From a virus (lineage: Duplodnaviria > Caudoviricetes): a stretch of 64,000 nt of DNA. Numbering within the stretch: the stretch's first letter is position 1; every line of letters starts with the position of its first letter. Made by a program: the position numbers and the translations under genes. Below are positions 56,001-63,918 of the stretch, piece after piece. The stretch is from IMG/VR virus record IMGVR_UViG_3300046490_000065, positions 1 to 64,000 of that record. The stretch is one strand, 5' to 3'. The notes beneath the pieces are model-generated. The model had not been told where the DNA came from and did no database searches. It saw only the letters and a program-made list of their open reading frames with translations.

Positions 56001-57364
56001 GGGGTTCCGCACGCTACTGTCGCCACCGAACCATCGGCCGGCGTGACGGTGAATGATTCCGGGGTGTCCCCTTTGCTTCGGTAAATCAGGTGTGGGTTGT
56101 TGGGGTCACCTGCTACCAAAACGAACTGCTGATAACTTATGCACAGGTTGCACGGCTGACCACAAACGACATCTGCGAAGATCGTGGTGCCAACTGGCTG
56201 TTGGTGCTGGAAGTATGCCGTGATGACGCTCCCCACCACCGACTCTACGGTGACGGTTTCGGGGGAATCGAATATACAGTAAACTTGGGTCCCTGGTGTG
56301 ATGGCAGAAATGTTCCCACCGGAGATCGTGATTGCCTGCCTGCCTCCCCCGGCAGCCGTGGCTGGTATTGTGGCGGTGGAATTCGCCCGTGATGGCAAAT
56401 TACTAGGCACGGGAGGGTCATTATCCACCGTCAGGAACCGCGCGGATACTAGGTCTACATCGGCGGCAGAGTCCGTAAACGTGTTTGTCGATCCGGCCCC
56501 TGGGTTCGTGCAGAATCCTACATATCTCCACGTGTCGTACAGGAGCCCACCTCGGCGGTAGATGTTGATTGTTGACCCGGCCCCGGTACCGATCTGCGGG
56601 TCGTTCGTCCCGTACACGGTGACGGTGATGTTCTGCTGTTGTACAGCCACCGGAACCCCGTTGGCGACCACGCTGTCTACAAGCATCGTCTGTGACGGGT
56701 TGCCTTCGTTGTTGGTAACTTTAGCTTGGTAGCAATAACGGTAATCGTATGGGGTAGTCCCATTCGGGCTCCCGGCCGCTCCACCATTTGGCCCATTGGG
56801 AGACGACCCAACTGCCCCCACCGCCACGGCGGTTGCAACACCAAATGCTGGGAGTATCCCCCAGAGAGGCAAGGTCCCGTACGGTGAGTTACCCGAGTCC
56901 TTGAGCATCTTGTTCTCAGATGCGATAAACGCCCACGGGCCACCCACTCCGCCAGCCGCGTACGTAGCTAGACTAAACGCCTTCCTCGTAGGGTTAGTGT
57001 TGATCTGGGTTGCGACGGAGGTAAATGATCCGAAGTCAGTCGTTCGGTACAGATCGTTTGAAGGCCCGACCAATGAAACCCCGATGTAACGTGGATTGGT
57101 TGATGGGGTGGAGGGGTTTTCCGTGGTCTGCACTACCATTTTCTGAATCATATAGCAGAGCGAAAAGGTAGGCCCCATGTTCCCTAGGTATTTCTTCCCT
57201 CCCCTAGTAGTCAACCCACCTTCCTGGACGACCTCCATATTGGTGCAGGAACGGTACTGGCCATCCGTCAGGAGGGTGGGGTCCTCCTTGGTAATCATGC
57301 CGTTCAAGCCAAACTTGAACTTGATAAGTTTTTTTCGGGGATCAGTAGGCATCTTTACATTCAC
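53051..57364 (-). CDS. tail nozzle / tubular protein B-like
   Basis: FGLNGM...DP...NM...GGLTTRGG start, propeller-like central part, repeated (W)DDLGHP.DK C-terminal modules. Confidence 0.7.
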   Translation of the reverse strand: MNVKMPTDPRKKLIKFKFGLNGMITKEDPTLLTDGQYRSCTNMEVVQEGGLTTRGGKKYLGNMGPTFSLCYMIQKMVVQTTENPSTPSTNPRYIGVSLVGPSNDLYRTTDFGSFTSVATQINTNPTRKAFSLATYAAGGVGGPWAFIASENKMLKDSGNSPYGTLPLWGILPAFGVATAVAVGAVGSSPNGPNGGAAGSPNGTTPYDYRYCYQAKVTNNEGNPSQTMLVDSVVANGVPVAVQQQNITVTVYGTNDPQIGTGAGSTINIYRRGGLLYDTWRYVGFCTNPGAGSTNTFTDSAADVDLVSARFLTVDNDPPVPSNLPSRANSTATIPATAAGGGRQAITISGGNISAITPGTQVYCIFDSPETVTVESVVGSVITAYFQHQQPVGTTIFADVVCGQPCNLCISYQQFVLVAGDPNNPHLIYRSKGDTPESFTVTPADGSVATVACGTPSNPILRMYEFRGQVVTLNLYGIFETVIYGGSFVTPAKVAARGTVGMRANCKTESEIWFLATDGVWSWDGAQCRKRSEAIDPIFHGQHVNGLAPIDNNTYSLCVMECRRGQVYLVYVDTGGHSREIACEPAFNDRWRVTDYPQVVYSFIYAEPDTQMMVEASWGGATGVYFSLMDQYVVGTPDSGFTYLNYTADYFTPAWAPPSATNGGSAVTFDILLPWFDVGEPSATKLFEEALLELDTTGSAGASAVTVALTTDFSNTALDTLPVTLPVVGGRNVVSLLPQLSVVIGHPTDVNSYAREARSISFHISGAAWPTQITFYSLTIVYQDLDLLTAGGSGDWTDLGHPHDKRLYQFVVTFDTAGIDQKIAFDTLSGIDGKTFNRSVQVFTLSNPTITGGGGRAKKTFPISDGIIAKMVRVRPYAPQSPGGAMDVLFKIFSVEFTEKEDYPPDIVSFTPWEDGDYPFAKYLNQATLDVDTNGVAITVQIQADGVTVSTQTVTGTGSNRDQNLTTLPTATGKKWRIFVDPVQDAIVSGGGKFQLFNPGKIFRFQPADRGEVGHTFDWDDLGHPWDKYLRSVTIEWDNTGGSNVVLQLDTLTGIGGQTVNSALATFTLSGGRAKKEFPLPKDMIAKMIRIYPTSPPPVSFKQWKYSFDKVDYPCDIVLSTEWRNAESPDDKNPSWLSIDADTQGIPCTVILENEHGTVMTVRHTGTLTDRMVNYPIPVDVFAKMWRLTDTPGANGKFQLFAWSFSRWQTTPQSSPADPPDVVLWTPWNDWEWPYGSIARNLIITMDTAGVQCQIRLQTENGVVQIFAMTSSYTTRRAIFPCNPNLIGMMWRLLLDPYTAIGKAKLWDWSMEVIKEPAAVTQWSSYLVTLGYVGFKIIRQIWLSYQGASSVNFTVTSDTGTYTVVLPAHATRSVERFLLPSVFGSGLNKSKTYVISWVSSSPAKVYSDMSGIEWIPQGAEQHAGYAQTLISELMTMAI

Positions 57365-57365
57365 C

Positions 57366-60300
57366 CTACCGTAACCTAGTCATATTCATACCACTAGCGG
57401 TTGTGCTTCCGCCGTTGGCGTTCAGTGGTCCTCCACTGTTCTGGAACGCTTGGCACACGAAATACTCCCCGCCCGACACTCCTCCGTAAGATTGCACCAT
57501 CGCCGTTGCCATTATTTGCTGTGAGTTACTTAGATCAGAGTTCGCCGGATACTGTTGAAGGGCGACATACTGTCCATTGCTTGGGGACGCCCCTAAGCGC
57601 TGAATCCCAACGCCGCGCGTGCCTGTAGCGTTGGGGGAGAACCTCACCCAGCAACTCAGAAGATACATCCCCCCACTAGGGGCTCCACCTGCTCCTGCAT
57701 CCGCCACGGGGGTCGCAAAACGATCTGTGTTGGCCGATGTGCTATGAATTCCGAAGTCGTATACGTTCGTGTCCCAAAGTATGTTGGTCCACGCGTTGTT
57801 AGGCACGCTCCAGGTGGCCGATGATGAGTACGCAAAACTACGAAACTGCTGTGCAGAATCCAAGGTGTTGTTGTTGTTCGTCCCGAACACAATGACTTGA
57901 TCGTTCGCCGTCTGCCCGCAGGTTTGGAAGTTCCGGATGATGTTGTCGTGATCGCCGGAGAACAGGATGATCCCCTGCCCAGAGTTGCCACAGACGTACG
58001 CACCATCAATTAAATTAAATTCATTGTCCTGGCTCGAAAACCATACCCCCTCGCTGTTCTTGTTGTCGAGCGCAACCACGTTTTTGAACTGGTTTTTATA
58101 GCTTCCCTGCGAGATCGCTAAACCGTTGGCTGATGCCCTATTAGCGGTGACGTTCACAAAACTGCCGTAGGCAGTGGCAGCGAGCTTGATGGCCCTCCCA
58201 ACGTATACCTGTCCAGCGGACTGGACGAGAACGTTACTTACTTGCGGAAACACATTCTGCGCGAACTGGATGCCAAATCCAGACGCGTTGATTACCCGCA
58301 GGTTGCTGGCTTGCAGGTTGGTTTGGCTATAAAGAGAGATGGAATCGTACCCTCCGCTACCGGAGTTGTAGGTCTCCACGTTGGTGACCGAGTTCTCGTA
58401 CCCGGCTGCCATCATCAGTCCGGCCGATGCTACCCAGTTCCGAAAATAAACATCGTTAATCCGGCAGTAAGATACATAGCTCAGCAGCACGCCATAAAAC
58501 TGGTTGGCATTGGACCGGTTGTATCCGATGCCGCCGCCGTCCAACACCAACCCCTCAATCACGATGTGGGAGACAGGATTGAGCTTGGAAATCGAGTGCG
58601 ATCCTAGTGTGTTATCGAGGGGAATGACGATAGGGTCGCGAAAGGTGACCGCTGGAGCGGAAATTGCCGAAATCGTGTTGAACTGAACAAAAACATTCCC
58701 ATAGGTGGCCTCGATCCCTGAGAACAGATCCACTACATCGCCAACGGCGTAGCCGGCAGTAGAGGTGAAGTTGATCGTATCGGTGACGATGTTCGCGCGG
58801 TTTGAGAAAGCCAAATTCGTGGCTGTTGTGGTGCTGTTGGTCAGGGTCCCTATTGCCGAAATGAGCGGCACGTACGGCGTGGCTGGTGATAGCGTGATGA
58901 TCGACTGGCGGGATGCTCCGTGCAAGTAAAAGCCGCTCGGCAACTGCATGATGGGTCCGTGTGCGGCGTAGCTTCCAGCGGTGACATACACCTCGTTTAC
59001 ACCTGCTGCAATAGCGGCGCTGATCGCTTCGCTGATCCCACTATCGTTAGACTGGACAGTGTATCCTGCTGAATGTGAGTTACTGGCCGAGAACGTGATG
59101 GACCCAATGGGGGATCCAGAGGTGCATGTTCCGCCCGTGATCTGAACCGCCTCTGGACCCATAGACAAAGACCCACCGGAGGTATACGCCCCAAAACCTT
59201 GGGAACCGATTAACGACACGGTGGACCCACTCACGGTTATCAAGTAGGCTCCATTGGCGTTCAGATTGCCGCCAACTCCGGACACTATGACCAAGTTCCC
59301 GGTGATCAAACCGGCAGTGTTGTTGAGCGTTAAGACAATGGGGGTTGTGTTGCTGGCCGCACTGACTGTCTTAACCACCGGCCCGGATGCGCCCGAAACG
59401 TACACCCAATGGTTTCCGTCTGTGCCATTAACCCCCACGGGGCATGGTGTTAGCGTGATGGTATTTGGCCCGATGGATACAGTACCATACGGGGTCTGCG
59501 ACCAAGCGATAGGCGTAAAATAAGGCAATTGTCCTGCCCCTCCTCCACCACCTGATGACGCTTGAAAACTAGGATCAGCACTGGGGCCGTTAGACGTGAG
59601 CACAAAACCGGTGGTTCCCGGAGAGACCAATGTGACCGGTGAGGCCCCCTCTGCGACGAGCACCCCGTGGGCAGTCGGGTTGGCCACCCCGGTACCACCC
59701 TTGGTCGCCGGCAGAGTCCCCGTGGCCCCCCCGTTCACAGCGCTCGTTAGATCCACTGACGACATATTAGACCCCGGCAGAGTGCCGGTGATCGCGGCGG
59801 GTTGGCTAAGGTCAACCGGGCCAACCGTAGGGGTACCCCCCGCCCCCGCCTGAAATACTTGGTACTGTGATCCGGCGGACGTTACTCCGGTATTCCCAAA
59901 TCCATTGCCGAACAAAATTCCATTAAGCGTCTGTGAGGTCAACCCTGTGCATCCCTGGGCCACCGAGCAGGGGAACGTCACCGCTCCGGAAGCCGTGCTT
60001 AACGGCAAACTATTCTGCCCAGCATACTTCACCACCGCGTTACCCGTTATTGAGATATTGACAAATGAGGCAGGGGAAGTGTACATATCAGCGCCAAAAG
60101 CTACTGCTGGATTGCTGATCTGGCTAATCGTAGCCGTTGCTCCATAGCTCGACCATGGTCCAGTGCATGCCACGTTTGAGTACCGGATGGTGACGGACCA
60201 ACTCCCCGTACCAGACGCCACCACAGAGTGATACCAATTCCTTCGGGAAGACGCGGAACGGTTGTCGATCGTGCCCGCGCACCCAGTCCCTTCGCCGGGC

Positions 60301-60416
60301 CACGACGAGTTGATGCCAGGAATCGAGGTGACTTGCATCGACACCTTGGTGGATTGGGCGAACGCCCCAAAGCAGAAAGCGGATAGAGCCAAGATCGCAG
60401 TTTTCATAAATGTCAT
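57366..60416 (-). CDS. tailspike-like protein with right-handed beta-helix and N-terminal signal peptide
   Basis: MKTAILALSAFCFGAFAQ; ISEAISAA...VYVTAGSY...LHGAS; IEGLVLDG. Confidence 0.75.
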   Translation of the reverse strand: MTFMKTAILALSAFCFGAFAQSTKVSMQVTSIPGINSSWPGEGTGCAGTIDNRSASSRRNWYHSVVASGTGSWSVTIRYSNVACTGPWSSYGATATISQISNPAVAFGADMYTSPASFVNISITGNAVVKYAGQNSLPLSTASGAVTFPCSVAQGCTGLTSQTLNGILFGNGFGNTGVTSAGSQYQVFQAGAGGTPTVGPVDLSQPAAITGTLPGSNMSSVDLTSAVNGGATGTLPATKGGTGVANPTAHGVLVAEGASPVTLVSPGTTGFVLTSNGPSADPSFQASSGGGGGAGQLPYFTPIAWSQTPYGTVSIGPNTITLTPCPVGVNGTDGNHWVYVSGASGPVVKTVSAASNTTPIVLTLNNTAGLITGNLVIVSGVGGNLNANGAYLITVSGSTVSLIGSQGFGAYTSGGSLSMGPEAVQITGGTCTSGSPIGSITFSASNSHSAGYTVQSNDSGISEAISAAIAAGVNEVYVTAGSYAAHGPIMQLPSGFYLHGASRQSIITLSPATPYVPLISAIGTLTNSTTTATNLAFSNRANIVTDTINFTSTAGYAVGDVVDLFSGIEATYGNVFVQFNTISAISAPAVTFRDPIVIPLDNTLGSHSISKLNPVSHIVIEGLVLDGGGIGYNRSNANQFYGVLLSYVSYCRINDVYFRNWVASAGLMMAAGYENSVTNVETYNSGSGGYDSISLYSQTNLQASNLRVINASGFGIQFAQNVFPQVSNVLVQSAGQVYVGRAIKLAATAYGSFVNVTANRASANGLAISQGSYKNQFKNVVALDNKNSEGVWFSSQDNEFNLIDGAYVCGNSGQGIILFSGDHDNIIRNFQTCGQTANDQVIVFGTNNNNTLDSAQQFRSFAYSSSATWSVPNNAWTNILWDTNVYDFGIHSTSANTDRFATPVADAGAGGAPSGGMYLLSCWVRFSPNATGTRGVGIQRLGASPSNGQYVALQQYPANSDLSNSQQIMATAMVQSYGGVSGGEYFVCQAFQNSGGPLNANGGSTTASGMNMTRLR

Positions 60417-60456
60417 CGTCCAACATTGGACGATTCATTGTACCGCGTTGAAAGGA

Positions 60457-61206
60457 CTACGGCGCCTGCCTGTCCGGGAGCCCTGAAACTTCCTTACAGA
60501 CGCTCATGGTCTCCTGCTCCTGTGCGGCACAGAACGCAGCCCTCTGAGAGTCCTTCAACTCGTTGTCCCCACTGAAAAGGCGGCTGAGTACCATAAACGG
60601 TAAAGTCTGTAAAGCGATGTCGTCTGGTATCAGGGGGATCGGGTCGGAAAGTTGCGTCACTTGGGTAGTGGCTTTTCTCGTCCCGATGATCGTCAACCCA
60701 CGATGCTGCACTGGATTCAGCACCACCTGGGTGGCGTCCACTTGGCAAAGTGCAGAGAACGAATCGTACACAGCGGCCGGTGGGTTCGGATCGTTCGGCC
60801 CGATGATCCACTCCCCGTTATAGTTTGGGGACGGTGCCAAGCCGATGCTTTTCAACCCCAGGCCATCCTGGTAATAGTAGCGGGGGATCGCCTGCATGTT
60901 CCGCCACTTCCTGATCTGGTTGTTCAAGTCCTGCTGGGTGGACTGTGGAAGCCACTTTCCGCCCAAAAACACGCTGTGGATGTCTACGATGTCGTCTGGG
61001 ATCAAGTAGACAGATTGGCCGGACAGAACTGTAGTCGTCCATATCCTTTGGATAATTCCGGACTGCTTTAGGAAGTCCAACACGGCAAGGTTTAGGACGT
61101 CGAAGAACTGGGGCAGAGTGACGATACCCAGGCGGAGTCCGGTCGGTGGATCCTCTGCAAGGTCGAACGCGACTTGATCGTATACCTGCTGCGCTGTTAC
61201 GGCCAT
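60457..61206 (-). CDS. head-tail adaptor-like protein
   Basis: GQSVYLIPDD...PRYYY...IGLAPSP. Confidence 0.65.
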   Translation of the reverse strand: MAVTAQQVYDQVAFDLAEDPPTGLRLGIVTLPQFFDVLNLAVLDFLKQSGIIQRIWTTTVLSGQSVYLIPDDIVDIHSVFLGGKWLPQSTQQDLNNQIRKWRNMQAIPRYYYQDGLGLKSIGLAPSPNYNGEWIIGPNDPNPPAAVYDSFSALCQVDATQVVLNPVQHRGLTIIGTRKATTQVTQLSDPIPLIPDDIALQTLPFMVLSRLFSGDNELKDSQRAAFCAAQEQETMSVCKEVSGLPDRQAP

Positions 61207-61862
61207 TAGGCCCCCTTCCCTTCAGCGACTTCCAACTGCTTGGCCACGAAGTACTGGGGGAATACCAGACCCTCCCAGATCACCATATCCCGGATTTCGT
61301 TTATGAACCGCTGGTACGAAACACTGGCAGACGCGAACGGCTTACCCCCTAATTTCATCATTATCCGACCCCGGCAGTAGTCGATGAGCGTGGGCACTTG
61401 GTCGTCGTCGAGATCCACAGTGTCGCCCGGATTGACCATGGGGGTTATCGTGGACACCCCGTTCACCTCTATCAGTCGGCCGCCCACCGCATCCATCGGG
61501 TGAATCACGAACTGGTCAATCCCTATCGGCGCCCATCGCGCCATCGGGCCGGCCGATGCCGTGGTGTCCGTCGCCCAGTTCCGGAACTGCGTGCCCAACT
61601 GGTTGAGGCTGTACTTCTCAAGTTCGATCCCTTCCACGTATAGCTTGAGCGGGAAGATCATTCCGGCCGCCATTGGGTAGACCAACTGGTTCCCTTGGGT
61701 AACCATTGGGAGAAGCTCCTCCACAATGCCCGTGAGGAAGTTGATTTTTTTTACCGCGTTGTTGAGCACTTGGGTTACTTGCGCTTGCGGGAACATTCCC
61801 ACGTTGCCGTCTAATTGGTCGTACAACAATCCAGACAGGACGCTTAGGGTGTACGAAGGCAT
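61206..61862 (-). CDS. head-tail adaptor-like protein
   Basis: LYDQL...VLNNA...FVIHP...LIDY; same pattern as neighbour. Confidence 0.65.
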   Translation of the reverse strand: MPSYTLSVLSGLLYDQLDGNVGMFPQAQVTQVLNNAVKKINFLTGIVEELLPMVTQGNQLVYPMAAGMIFPLKLYVEGIELEKYSLNQLGTQFRNWATDTTASAGPMARWAPIGIDQFVIHPMDAVGGRLIEVNGVSTITPMVNPGDTVDLDDDQVPTLIDYCRGRIMMKLGGKPFASASVSYQRFINEIRDMVIWEGLVFPQYFVAKQLEVAEGKGA

Positions 61863-61907
61863 TCTACCCACCTTGACTTTTGCGTTTCATTATGCAAACA
61901 TTTATCA

Positions 61908-62075
61908 ATGGACGCAAACAAGATAGAGACGGTGGCTTTCCGAATCGACCCAGCGACCAAAGCCATCCTACAGGAAATAGCGAGAGCCAACGATATGACC
62001 CTCGGAGCCGTCATCAGGACAGCGGTCAAAGGAGCAATCAAGAACAAATGGATCAGCTTGAAACCCAATCGCTGA
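61908..62075 (+). CDS. ribbon-helix-helix (CopG/Arc-like) protein, 55 aa
   Basis: Manual translation MDANKIETVAFRIDPATKAILQEIARANDMTLGAVIRTAVKGAIKNKWISLKPNR; not in ORF track. Confidence 0.75.
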   Translation: MDANKIETVAFRIDPATKAILQEIARANDMTLGAVIRTAVKGAIKNKWISLKPNR

Positions 62076-62488
62076 ACAAACCCTGCCTCCACTGTAAGCT
62101 CACCAAGTCGCTTGTAGAGTTCAACCGAGACTGTAGACAAAAGGACGGTCGTTCGTACTATTGCAGGGGATGTCGGTCGGCCATCCGAAAGGCTGCCTAC
62201 AATCCGATCCGGGAGCGATGGCACAACCTCTATCGACATTACGGAGTTACAGAGGAAGCATTCAATCTGATGGTTAACCACCAGAGGAACTCGTGCAGAA
62301 TCTGTCGTAAATTGTTTGGTACCGCCTCTTCTAATCGACCTAACGTTGACCACTGCCACACCTGCGGAAAGATTAGAGGGCTCCTGTGCCAGCACTGCAA
62401 CCAAGGGATTGGGGTAGTACGCGAAAATCAATCCACGTTGGCCGCAATTAGAGATTTCTTGATCCGAGTTCACCGCCCAGGAGAGTAA
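62048..62488 (+). CDS. endonuclease VII-domain protein 1
   Basis: CLHC...CRGC...YGVT...CRIC...VDHCHTCGKIRGLLCQHCNQGIG. Confidence 0.9.
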   Translation: MDQLETQSLNKPCLHCKLTKSLVEFNRDCRQKDGRSYYCRGCRSAIRKAAYNPIRERWHNLYRHYGVTEEAFNLMVNHQRNSCRICRKLFGTASSNRPNVDHCHTCGKIRGLLCQHCNQGIGVVRENQSTLAAIRDFLIRVHRPGE

Positions 62489-62923
62489 ATGGACCAGACT
62501 AAAATATGCACAGTATGCCGGCGGATTCTGCCAGTTGTGGAATTCTACCGAGATAGACGAATGTCCCTCGGCGCCCGAAGTGATTGCAAAATGTGCACGC
62601 TTCAGCGCATTGCAGACAGAGGAAAGACAGACGATGGAATACGGGCTACACGTTCCAAAAACCTCAAATCGCACTACGGGATCAGCCGTGAGAGATACGA
62701 CAAACTCCTTGCTTCTCAAGGGGGGGTATGCGCCGCATGTGGAAATCCTCCGGGGGACCCTGCTGGAAAGAGGTTCCATAACCTTGAAGTTGACCACTGT
62801 CATTCTTCGCTTGAGATCCGAGCATTGCTCTGCTGGAGGTGCAACATAACCATTGGTCATTTCATGGAAAGCGTCGATGCTGTCGAGTCGGCAATCGAAC
62901 ATTTGGAACAGTGCTCCCACTAG
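62489..62923 (+). CDS. endonuclease VII-domain protein 2
   Basis: CTVC...CKMC...YGIS...QGGVCAAC...VDHCH...RALLCWRCN. Confidence 0.9.
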   Translation: MDQTKICTVCRRILPVVEFYRDRRMSLGARSDCKMCTLQRIADRGKTDDGIRATRSKNLKSHYGISRERYDKLLASQGGVCAACGNPPGDPAGKRFHNLEVDHCHSSLEIRALLCWRCNITIGHFMESVDAVESAIEHLEQCSH

Positions 62924-62977
62924 ATGCGTCCAACGTTGGACGGGGCGATGTCCGCCGGGCGCCGCCCCTCCATCGGG

Positions 62978-63073
62978 TCAGTACCGCTTCGACTTTCGGG
63001 ACTTCTTCTTGCCACCACCGAGGGCTCGGGCTGGATCGTTCGGCATCTTCTTCCCGCGTTTGCCTTTCTTCAT
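62978..63073 (-). CDS. 31-aa highly basic peptide
   Basis: GGAGG SD; MKKGKRGKKMPNDPARALGGGKKKSRKSKRY. Confidence 0.6.
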   Translation of the reverse strand: MKKGKRGKKMPNDPARALGGGKKKSRKSKRY

Positions 63074-63108
63074 GCACTACCTCCTAAACAAGAGTTTAGC
63101 ACCCGCGA

Positions 63109-63306
63109 TCAACATGCGTCGCCCGGCCGAAAGGTGGCGCCACCACGAGTCTTGCGCCGCTCGATCTTCTCGCAGTCTCGATAGTCCTGCATCATCTTCG
63201 CCTTCATTGCGTGGCCGTCAGGACCACACAACTCGGCCCCGCCCGTGAGCGCCTTATTGGCGGCCCCTTCTTTACCTGTCCGGCCAACTCCGTGATCAAT
63301 CAGCAT
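63109..63306 (-). CDS. small hypothetical protein
   Basis: GAGG SD; GGTATTCT -10-like box upstream. Confidence 0.55.
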   Translation of the reverse strand: MLIDHGVGRTGKEGAANKALTGGAELCGPDGHAMKAKMMQDYRDCEKIERRKTRGGATFRPGDAC

Positions 63307-63415
63307 GAAAGACCTCTCGCGATTAGAATACCACCTGCGGTAGAATAAAGGAACGGGCCACCGTGGCGTGCAACCGCCGCGACAGCCCTACCAAAAGATC
63401 TATTAAGGAGATCAG

Positions 63416-63910
63416 ATGGCTACACTGAGTAAACCACTTCCGCCGCTCACAGCGCAAGACATTGCCCGGTTCTGGTCGAAGGTGGATCAATCTCCCGGAC
63501 AAGGCCCTCAGGGAAACTGCTGGGGTTGGATGGCAGGGGTCAACAACAAAAAGAGAGCCGTATTCGCCGTCAATAACAGGATGCGCCTAGCTACTCGCAT
63601 CGCGTACTTCCTGCAATACGGCGAAGACCCCCACCCCCTGATGGTCTGCCACACCTGCGACAACCCACCGTGCTGCCGTGGAGAGCATCTATTCAAAGGG
63701 ACTCAAGCGAACAATCTTTCCGACATGACATCCAAAGGTCGTCGTTCGCACGGTCAATCCGCCGGATGGCTCACCAGCGAACAGGTGTATCAAATTCGTG
63801 TATTGTGGGCCACCGGGCAATATCGTCAGTGGCAATTAGCCGAGTTATTCGGATCCTCGCAGAGCCACATTTCTCAAATCACTACCGGTCAACAGAGGAT
63901 CTTAGATTAG
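63416..63910 (+). CDS. HNH homing endonuclease with C-terminal HTH (copy 3)
   Basis: SKPLPPLTAQDIARFWSKVDQ identical to copy 1; VCHTCDNPPCC. Confidence 0.92.
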   Translation: MATLSKPLPPLTAQDIARFWSKVDQSPGQGPQGNCWGWMAGVNNKKRAVFAVNNRMRLATRIAYFLQYGEDPHPLMVCHTCDNPPCCRGEHLFKGTQANNLSDMTSKGRRSHGQSAGWLTSEQVYQIRVLWATGQYRQWQLAELFGSSQSHISQITTGQQRILD

Positions 63911-63918
63911 GGGTACCC

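Larger units (their letters stand above)
239..62941. repeat. dispersed 14-bp palindrome GTCCAA(CG/CA/TG)TTGGAC, 22 copies
   Basis: Starts at 239*, 4831, 6339, 7856, 11098, 15219, 17069*, 21034, 22514, 24531, 27397, 29541, 33999, 34817*, 36599, 39010, 42054, 44346, 45552, 52260, 60418, 62928 (* = one mismatch). Confidence 0.97.

Noticed and set aside
61844-62920. 358-aa minus-strand ORF
   Set aside because: Antisense to the RHH and EndoVII genes, which have clear motifs.
239-62941. 14-bp palindrome as a CRISPR repeat or REP/MITE element
   Set aside because: Copies are short, kilobases apart and often in-frame within genes, with no spacers, target duplications, cas genes or transposase.
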